NCBI GenBank assembly: GCA_054661495.1
Contig: BAAFSQ010000461.1
Coordinates: 1 to 5,948 of the forward strand
DNA length: 5,948 bases
Source of the DNA: Zygophlyctis sp. KS116
Taxonomy: Eukaryota > Fungi > Chytridiomycota
Direction: 5' to 3'
In this document: positions 1-5,948 of the stretch, in pieces
How the letters are laid out: every line of letters begins with the position of its first letter
Numbering within the stretch: position 1 is the stretch's first letter
The notes under the pieces: model-generated
What the model saw: only the letters and a program-made list of their open reading frames with translations
Told to the model about the DNA's origin: nothing
Databases searched by the model: none
Program-made: the position numbers and the translations under genes

Positions 1-1
1 C

Positions 2-550
2 GTGTGTATATTCTTTGGCACCATCTGATCGGACACATTTTATCTGCTTTCCAGTTGTTCTTTCGGCATATAACATAAAATGTTTAAAATTTTCTGTAAT
101 TTCTGTTTTAGAAATAATGGGATAAATTGCTGAATATGAAGAAAAAACATCAACCATCACAAGATAGCCAACTGAAGTATTTTTTAGTGATGAATTCCGC
201 ATTGGTCCTTTATAATCAAGCGTGATTATTTCTAAAAGATTATATGCAGATCTATCACTTATTCGGTTATGTGGTTTCATTTTTGATTTAGCTATAGTGC
301 AAGAATCACATACATTAGTAGCATGTAGATGTTGATTGGCGGCATTTAAACCTTTGACGGAATTGTTTAATATCATTTTGTTAATTCGGGTGTTTGAAAT
401 GTGTCCCAATCGTCGATGGAGAGTATCTAGTGACACTTTAGACTTAGAATCTGTATATGCGATCGTGTCTGTAGCGTAAGGCAATAAATGTAGATAAAAA
501 AGCAGATTACTTGATAGATTCACTTTTGCAATTATTTTGCCATTTAACAT
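2..550 (-). CDS. Copia integrase N-terminal part (GAG-pre-integrase HHCC plus rve core), 183 uninterrupted codons, partial; missing from the ORF track because it runs off the edge
   Basis: Manual translation: MLNGKIIAKV...LHRRLGHISNTRI...VCDSCTIAK...LLEIITLDYKGP...GYLVMVDVFSSY...TGKQIKCVRSDGAKEYTH. HRRLGH at 418-401, CDSC at 310-299, first catalytic D at 217-215, second D at 25-23. Confidence 0.92.
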   Translation of the reverse strand, partial: MLNGKIIAKVNLSSNLLFYLHLLPYATDTIAYTDSKSKVSLDTLHRRLGHISNTRINKMILNNSVKGLNAANQHLHATNVCDSCTIAKSKMKPHNRISDRSAYNLLEIITLDYKGPMRNSSLKNTSVGYLVMVDVFSSYSAIYPIISKTEITENFKHFMLYAERTTGKQIKCVRSDGAKEYTH

Positions 551-559
551 TTTCCATAT

Positions 560-1035
560 TCGGTTATTTCACATATAATGTTTGTTACTTTCTTTAGATA
601 GCCTTCAGAGATAATGTTAATAGGTGATTTTGTAGCATAAATTGCTCTATCAAGCAGAATCAGATGTATTTTAATATTTATCTTTGTATAGATAAATGCA
701 GGTCATTCTCCAATCGTATCTGGAGAAGTATTATCTTGATAGGTTTGTAATGATTTTGGTTGTTTGTAATAAGAGAATTTTGATTTTATGAACATATCTA
801 AATTATTAAATATATTGCAATTTGCTCCACTATCTATGATAGTGGATAAAGATGATCTCATTTCAGGGGAAACAAAATAAAACACATTTATCTTATTTAG
901 TTGCTTTTCTGATTTGCAGTCGTCAATAAAAGTCACAGTCTGATCGACTGCGACAAAGACTGCAGTATGTAAAGTAGAAACTTTGGATGTATCATACTTA
1001 TGTTTCTTACTTCGCGTGTCCATAATTTCCTTCAA
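560..1035 (-). pseudogene. Copia aspartic protease region of element A (disrupted)
   Basis: IIDSGANCNI motif (D at 834-832); TGA at 705-703 where a Gly is expected (IGE*). After a frameshift the sequence reads ILLDRAIYATKSPINIISEGYL, matching the copia 'L..V.Y.P....NLIS...L' motif. Confidence 0.85.
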
Positions 1036-1074
1036 ATGAGGCGGACAAAAGTCCTGAGGTCGTTTGGTAGATGC

Positions 1075-1813
1075 ACATTGAAACGGTTTGTGTCCAAAAC
1101 CACCGCAGTTAAAACATACAAGGGATTCATTGAATTTGCCACGTTGCCCTGGTTGCTAGACTTTGAAATCGATTTTTAAACCTGATCAGATTCCGCCTCC
1201 CGTGATTGATCTGCAGAGATCCAATCGAACATTTTCAATCGTTCAAAAATATAAGATAATTTGAGATCATTGTCTTTTGTGATTCCATTTACTATAACTT
1301 GAGTAGACAGATCAAATTGAGCTTTGACGGCCAAGTACTTGGAATTTGGAAGAGCTTGAAGAAAAAGTTCAATCTGCTCCAATTCTGTCAATTTTCCTCC
1401 TGCGTCCATCAACTGAACATATTCAGCATGAAATTTGTTGAAGAATGAGGTAAGATCTGATCCTTTTTTCATTTTCAGACATTCAATGGAGTTACGGCTA
1501 GATCTGATCGCTGCTTGGCTCTTATCTTCAATTAGTTTTTTAATTGAAGCAAAATTTTCCTTTGAGGTTTTTGTCCAGTCGAAATAAGAACGGAAATATG
1601 TTGATAAGGCGTCATGTATGAGTGATTTACCAAGATTGTCTTGTTGAATCCATTTAGCAAGTTCATTTGGAGTAGAATCAGCCGGTTTGGCAAGAGATCC
1701 GTCAACAACTTTGATAGAATATTATTTCTGTAAAAAGCAGAAGTAATATCTTGAATCCATTTATATCCATTATTGGATTTGAGCAGAACTTAAGATTGGT
1801 TGGAGGATTGCAT
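1075..1813 (-). pseudogene. Copia gag of element A with C-terminal CX2CX4HX4C zinc knuckle (disrupted)
   Basis: ATG at 1813: MQSSNQS*VLLKSNNGYKWIQDI..., frameshift, KVVDGSLAKP...KWIQQDNLGKSLI...MKKGSDLTSFFNKF...LFLQALPNSKY (copia gag pattern), then frameshift/stop and CFNCGGFGHKPFQC at 1116-1075. Confidence 0.88.
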
Positions 1814-1815
1814 TG

Positions 1816-1961
1816 AGACTCTTAATCTAATAGAAAATAAAAATAAAATAAAAATGAGACGTTTTATTTATAGAAAAATGTGCTATTTATATCCGTATTC
1901 TATAAATAGAATACTATAAATTATGCGAATGTGATCTGTTTAGATTAAAATTTAAAATACA
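1816..1961 (-). promoter_or_regulatory. Candidate short 5' LTR plus degenerate primer-binding site of element A
   Basis: Very AT-rich non-coding stretch directly upstream of the gag ATG. On minus it begins TGTA at 1961, has TATAAATA twice (1891-1884, 1872-1865), AATAAA and a T-rich tract, then GATTAAGAGTCT (1827-1816), resembling the copia GGTTATGAGCCC-type PBS. No partner LTR in the window. Confidence 0.4.
1895..1914. repeat. Perfect 9-bp inverted repeat GTATTCTAT-AA-ATAGAATAC overlapping a TATAAATA box
   Basis: Read directly: 1895-1903 is the reverse complement of 1906-1914. Confidence 0.8.
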
Positions 1962-2062
1962 GAACTGGATCAGATGCAGTCTTGTTCTCAAAAGGCTAGC
2001 ACCAGAATCGAAATTTTACTGGCGAAACAAAGAAGGGTGGTTTTGAAAAACGCAAAGGGAAA

Positions 2063-2104
2063 TGTTTCAAGTGCAAGAAGTTGGGTCATTGGGCACGTGA
2101 TTTT
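2063..2104 (+). pseudogene. Gag zinc knuckle of element B, last Cys mutated
   Basis: CFKCKKLGHWARDF(P): CX2CX4HX4 followed by TTT where TGT is expected. Confidence 0.88.
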
Positions 2105-2518
2105 CCGGAAAATAAAACACAAGAATTAGCCGCGATTTTAGTTGCCGATTAAAAGGGATCGACAAATCTTGGTTCCAAGAAATCCAATAGCGGGGAAGGG
2201 TCTAAAGTTGATATAATCGACTCAAATTCGGAAGATACATCTTTTGATGGTATGGAGATCTACACCGATGATCAGCAGTGTTAGGAATTTTTGAATGTTA
2301 GTACGAATCCGGACAAATTACGGATAGATACGGGGTCGGAGATTAAGTCGTATCGGATGACGCTAACTTCGGGAAAATAAGAAGTAGCGAAGCATGAGGT
2401 CATTAAGAAAAAAGCCGCGTACAGTGTTCCGGAGACTACCGGAAAATTACGTACGCCAAAAAGTGATGGCGGAAGTGCCACAAAGCGTGACAATAAAATT
2501 GGCTTGAATGCGTATTTA

Positions 2519-2748
2519 TTTGCATTTGACTCAGGAGCCACATGTCATATGATGAATGTTATCAAAGTAGCTTGATAAATCAAGCTGAAGTTGGCAGAAA
2601 AATAGCCTCTCCGGGGTTTGGAACCTTACGAGGAATAATACGCGAAGAAAATAGTCAATTACGAAGAGAAATTGATTTAGATGTTGTTTTGACAGATATA
2701 ATGATAGTTCCATCTTTGTGTATGAATATCATATCTGTATCAAAACTC
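2519..2748 (+). pseudogene. Copia aspartic protease of element B (frameshifted)
   Basis: FAFDSGATCHMMN (D at 2528), then a frameshift into ORF 2542-2769: GFGTL...LTDIMIVPSLCMNIISVSKL. Confidence 0.88.
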
Positions 2749-2755
2749 TGGTTAA

Positions 2756-3220
2756 TTAAGATCAGATAATGGTGGAGAATACTAATCAAATGAATTTGAT
2801 AACTTCTTAAATCCAAAGAGATTGAAAAACAGTAATCAGTAGCTTATACTCCATAACAGAATGGGGTTGCGGAGCGAATGAATCATACATTGGTTGAGAT
2901 CGCTCGAACCACGATGATTCATGCAAAACTTACAAAGTCGTATTGGGGATATGCAGTGTTAAATGCTGCATATATAAGGAATCGTTGTATATCCAATGCT
3001 TTGGATGGAAAATCCGCTTTTGAGATAGTGGAGGGGAGAAAACCCGATCTGGAAAAACTGAGAGTTTTCGGGTGGTTATGTTATGCACATGTACCAGATG
3101 AAAAGTAAAGCTACAAGTGTATATTTCTCGGCTTAAGTAATGTAAGTAAAGCTTGCATTGTTCAGGATGTTTCATCAAAAAGAATTTTTACATCAAGAGA
3201 TGTAAAGTTCTGTGAAGGTA
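2756..3220 (+). pseudogene. Copia integrase C-terminal core and downstream SH3-like region of element B
   Basis: LRSDNGGEY*SNEF / ...AYTP*QNGVAERMNHTLVE...WGYAV..AAYIRNR...KPDLEKLRVFG..CYAHVP...CIFLG...SRDVKFCE. D at 2765 to E at 2872 is 107 nt, one base short of D-35-E spacing. Confidence 0.92.
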
Positions 3221-3554
3221 TTTTTCTGAATCAAATTGGGAATGGGGGAGAAATTAATTTCCCAAAAGGTGATACAGAAAAACTTACTGTTAACTTTGAA
3301 ATTCCAATAACTAGTCGGATTGGACCAAAGATGACCGAAGCTGTGCAAGAGACTGAAACTAGAGTTTCAGAAGAGATGAATCTGATTATGAATCAGTAGA
3401 TGAAAATTTTAGCGAATATCAACCCTTTGGTGAAAGAGATTACATGGGAAGTAAATATACAATGGTTGATAGAGAGTTACCCCCAGTAAAGGATATAAAT
3501 GCTCCTCCAATTAGTGAAAAGCGTGAATCGTATTACCAAAATGAACGAGTAATG

Positions 3555-3818
3555 TTAATGGACAAAGGTCCAAGAACATATAATGAGGCAATGAAATCCT
3601 CCGAATCTGATAAATGGCTGAAAGCCATGGAATCAGAAATGAAGTCATTAGATAAGAATAAGTTCTGGGAGTTAGTACTATTACCCAAAGATAGGAAACT
3701 ATTTGACTGCCGTTGGGTACTTGGAAGGAAATATAACTTAGATGGAAAGCCTGATAGATATAAGGCAAGATTGGTAGCAAAAGGTTTCACTCAAGAATAT
3801 GGGTTAGATTATGAAGAC
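3555..3818 (+). pseudogene. Copia reverse transcriptase (RVT_2-type) N-terminus of element B, truncated
   Basis: PRTYNEAM...WLKAMESEMKSLDKNKFWELV.LP..RK...CRWV...K...DG...RYKARLVAKGFTQEYGLDYE; homology ends where TFSPV is expected. Confidence 0.93.
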
Positions 3819-4499
3819 CTCATGCGTGATTCATTATACTTCATAAGTGATCTACCGAACAATTACCGTCAAGCTAAACAATCAAAAGAATCTGAAGGGT
3901 GGATGGCCTCAGTTCGTAGAGAACTAAATGCACTCATTCAAAATGACATCAAAACAAGATCTTCCAAAACACACAAAAAACACGTTACGTTTTTACCCGG
4001 AAACCATCCCAAATTTATACAAAGCTAGACTTTTTATGAGAGGAGACCTGGAAAAAAGGCACATTAATCTACCTCTAGAGGAGACGTTCTCTACTGTGGT
4101 TAGAACAGAAAATCTTTAATTGTTCCTTTGCTTAATCCAAACATTAAAATGCAAATACGTAACAGTAGATATTCCAAATGCATTTTTATTCGCAAAACCT
4201 GAAAGGGAATTATACATCGATATTCCAGAAGGTCATTGGGCGTATGCCAATGGATCCTGGTTTTATAACAAGACCAGAACCTACTGATCAACCTTTCTCC
4301 AATAATACAGTATATCGATCAATAATAGGATGTTTACTGCATATCTCGCGACAAACAAGACCAGATATTCTTCTAGCAGTCAATATATTAAGTTCACACA
4401 TTGCAAACCCAATGCAACGTAATTGGAACGCTGCCAAGCGTGTATTGATTCTCGAAAAATGAATCATTACGTATCGGACCTGCCAATACAGATGGACTT

Positions 4500-4950
4500 A
4501 AAGCCTACTCAGATGCAACTTGGGCAGATGACCCAGAAACTAGATTATCCCGCACAGGGAGAGTCATATTCTATAATGGCTCATTCTTCTCTGCTCAGTC
4601 ACATCAGCAAAAGTCTGTATCACTCTCTGCTACTCAGGCAGAATATCAAGCATTATCTAGTGCACTACAAGACATTATATTTTCGCACTATTCTTAAAGA
4701 AATTGGTTATCCTCAAACTTTGCCGACACCGCTTATGTGTGATAACCAAGGTGCACTCTACCTTGCTATATCTACAAAAAATCATCCCAAAATTAAACAT
4801 ATTGCAATTCATTACCATTTCATAAGGGATGCCATTCATACTGAACAAGTACAACTTATATACGTTCCTACACAGCATCAAATTGCAGACATGTTTACAA
4901 AACCGCTCGCTTCTAAATTATTTAACAAATTCAAAAAACAATTAGGAATT
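4500..4950 (+). pseudogene. Ty1/copia RNase H domain of element C (one frameshift near 4675)
   Basis: AYSDATWADD (D 4512), SLSATQAEYQA (E 4641), CDNQGA (D 4741), KHIAIHYHFIRD, QIADMFTKPL (D 4888). Confidence 0.94.
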
Positions 4951-4957
4951 TACGACT

Positions 4958-4997
4958 GGAGGAGTGATTTAGAATTTGATCTGTTAGATAGGGGGAG
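4958..4997 (+). other. Candidate polypurine tract and start of the 3' LTR of element C
   Basis: GGAGGAG followed by TG (4958-4966) directly after the RNase H end; a second purine run AGGGGGAG at 4990-4997. Which is the true PPT cannot be decided here. Confidence 0.5.
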
Positions 4998-5016
4998 TAA
5001 CCCTACCTAACCCTAA
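4998..5016 (-). repeat. Short degenerate telomere-like tract TTAGGG-TTAGG-TAGGG-TTA
   Basis: Plus strand reads TAACCCTACCTAACCCTAA. Confidence 0.6.
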
Positions 5017-5320
5017 GGCTGAAAAGAAGGATGTAGACGCCTAAATCAGAATCGAAGTTTACTCCTTTGGCGATTAAAGTGTTGATCAGGGCGATCACTT
5101 CATCACAATGGGCATGGATACCATTTCCCTGGTACCGGAAAGATAAAAGCTGGGACAGAACCGAATACTTGGATGCAACATCCTTTCGATTAAATTCAGA
5201 TTCCAGACGATTCCACATCGTCGATCCTGATTTACCACAGCTTTTCAATGTTCCTAGAACACTATCTGAAACTGAACAATCAATAGGCTGTTGTCAGTCA
5301 GCATTGTTAATCCAAGAACT
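5015..5320 (-). pseudogene. Copia gag fragment D, truncated at both ends
   Basis: SSWINNAD*QQPIDCSVSDSVLGTLKSCGKSGSTMWNRLESEF...LSQLLSFRY...IHAHCDEV..LINTL...G......LGVYILLFSL matches the copia gag pattern (MW..L...F; LL.SLP). Confidence 0.82.
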
Positions 5321-5948
5321 CAAAAAAATTTGCCGTGTCGCGAACCTGAACAGCATCCAACAATTCAGATTTGAAATTTTGGTAGTTAGTCGATGTGAAA
5401 AGCGGGTGTCTCCAAAGAAAAAGTTCCGGATAGCATTCCTGTAGGAATACTGAATCTTGCAGCACTACTTCTCTTAGTTTTTTCAATAATTTGAGAAATC
5501 CGATACAGGATAAGCTCTGGTCGGCTTGTCCTTGCTGTCGTAGTAGGAGAATATTATCTAATTGGGGAAAGACCTGCTGTAATAAGAGCTCCGATGGTTC
5601 TAAACAATCACGTTTGATGAAATAAGAGTTCTCTCTGGGACTGAACCCGGACATAACACGCATTCCTTTTCTGGGCAGTGCAGAAAGATAGTGTCTTTCC
5701 ATTGCACCGGATGCCCAGTGCCCTAGTCTACGAATTTGGTCTTCATCAAGTCCTTGCAGCTCTGCCATTCTTGCACTGCAACCCCTGCTGATATGGGTCT
5801 TCGCCTTAGATGTGACATTAGCTTTTTGCAACATTTTAGTAACTATTTCATTGTGAGTCTATCATTGAGAGCTTTTGTAGAATTTCTATCTGATGGAAAG
5901 ACCTAATTTTTTTACATAATATATACATACCTTTAAATTATACCAAGA
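5307..5948 (-). pseudogene. CryptonF-type tyrosine recombinase (Ndc10 domain II-like) C-terminal catalytic half; partial, probably disrupted
   Basis: KTHISRG (H 5795, R 5786), IRRLGHW (W 5717), MERHYL (Y 5690), then LP..GMR.MSGF, VFP, FLKLLKKLREVVLQDSV, HPLF, as in fungal Crypton/Ndc10-like proteins. Upstream SWYNLK|intron|VFPSDRNSTKALNDR connects through a 1-nt frameshift near 5859. No GCR1-like C-terminal domain follows. Confidence 0.85.
5903..5930 (-). other. Candidate 28-nt spliceosomal intron in the Crypton-like gene
   Basis: AAG|GTATGTATATATTATGTAAAAAAATTAG|GTC: consensus donor and TAG acceptor, phase 0. Removal gives WYNLK-VFPS; the unspliced frame hits three stops. Confidence 0.65.

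Larger units (their letters stand above)
1..1961 (-). mobile_element. Ty1/copia LTR retrotransposon remnant A (5' half: putative LTR, gag, zinc knuckle, protease, integrase); continues beyond the left edge
   Basis: Minus-strand domain order is gag (1813-1176), CCHC (1116-1075), DSGA protease (834-823), HHCC region (418-299), integrase core (217-2). Protease directly followed by integrase is the copia order. Stops and frameshifts occur in gag and protease. Right boundary is uncertain. Confidence 0.93.
1950..3818 (+). mobile_element. Ty1/copia remnant B (gag end, protease, deleted integrase, RT N-terminus)
   Basis: Plus-strand order: knuckle 2063-2104, FDSGATCHM (D at 2528), LRSDNGGEY 2756, QNGVAERMN 2857, CIFLG...SRDVKF ~3118-3210, KARLVAKGFTQ ~3762-3794. 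Many stops and frameshifts; sense strand is A/G-rich. Left boundary approximate. Confidence 0.93.
3819..4997 (+). mobile_element. Ty1/copia remnant C (internally deleted RT, RNase H, 3' end)
   Basis: PNNYRQA...W..SVRRELNAL; YKARLFMRG...ETFSTVVR; VDIPNAFL...ELYIDIPEG (4165-4233); a jump to PMDP...YRSIIGCLL...TRPDI..AV..LS; then RNase H. Sense strand is richer in C than element B. Confidence 0.92.

Noticed and set aside
1156-1180. Programmed gag-pol frameshift at TTTAAAAA in element A
   Set aside because: The shift lies upstream of the zinc knuckle and the downstream frame has its own TAG at 1158-1156; ordinary decay explains it.
2281-3790. Minus-strand ORFs 2281-2541, 2531-2713, 2930-3178, 3511-3780 and 3533-3790
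   Set aside because: Antisense to clear copia pol homology; hydrophobic look follows from the A/G-rich sense strand.
4100-4881. Minus-strand ORFs 4100-4291 and 4675-4881, and the N-terminal part of ORF 4423-5010
   Set aside because: Antisense or off-frame readings of the RT/RNase H pseudogene.
1927-4989. Imperfect direct repeat GAATGTGATCTGTTTAGAT (1927-1945) and GAATTTGATCTGTTAGAT (4972-4989) bracketing B+C as possible LTR remnants
   Set aside because: Only about 18 bp, AT-rich, with a mismatch and a gap; similarity does not extend on either side.
5067-5444. 125-aa plus-strand ORF
   Set aside because: Antisense shadow spanning the gag D/Crypton junction; no recognisable motif.
5003-5834. 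Tyrosine recombinase next to gag as a DIRS/Ngaro-like or new YR retroelement
   Set aside because: The gag is copia-type, truncated at both ends and downstream of a truncated recombinase; the nearby RT/RNase H is copia-type on the opposite strand. Accidental juxtaposition is simpler unless the junction recurs in other copies.
1-5948. Repeat-induced point mutation (RIP) signature
   Set aside because: CAA/CAG codons and CpG remain common and some lesions are G-to-T changes or indels; cannot be supported without aligned copies.
1-5948. Prokaryotic systems (CRISPR array, retron, integron, defence operon) or structural RNA genes
   Set aside because: No spaced repeats, operon structure or tRNA/rRNA-like sequence seen; all recognisable homology is to eukaryotic transposons.

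Overview
AT-rich eukaryotic DNA, probably from a fungus or close relative, made almost entirely of decayed transposon fragments with no intact host gene. From left to right: (A) a minus-strand Ty1/copia element (1-~1961) with a possible short LTR/PBS, gag, CCHC knuckle, DSG protease and an integrase frame running off the left edge; (B) a plus-strand copia element (~1950-3818) with knuckle, long linker, protease, N-terminally deleted integrase and the start of RT; (C) a different plus-strand copia element fused in frame at ~3818, with an RT lacking its catalytic core, RNase H and a purine tract; a 19-bp TTAGGG-like tract (4998-5016); (D) a minus-strand copia gag fragment (5015-~5320); and (E) a minus-strand CryptonF/Ndc10-like tyrosine recombinase fragment (5307-5948) keeping HxxR...W...Y and a candidate 28-nt GT-AG intron. 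I found no convincing new multi-gene system. The most interesting signals are the tiny intron, the telomere-like tract at the gag breakpoint and the deletion-joined mosaic. All calls come from manual translation and motif recognition; no searches were run.
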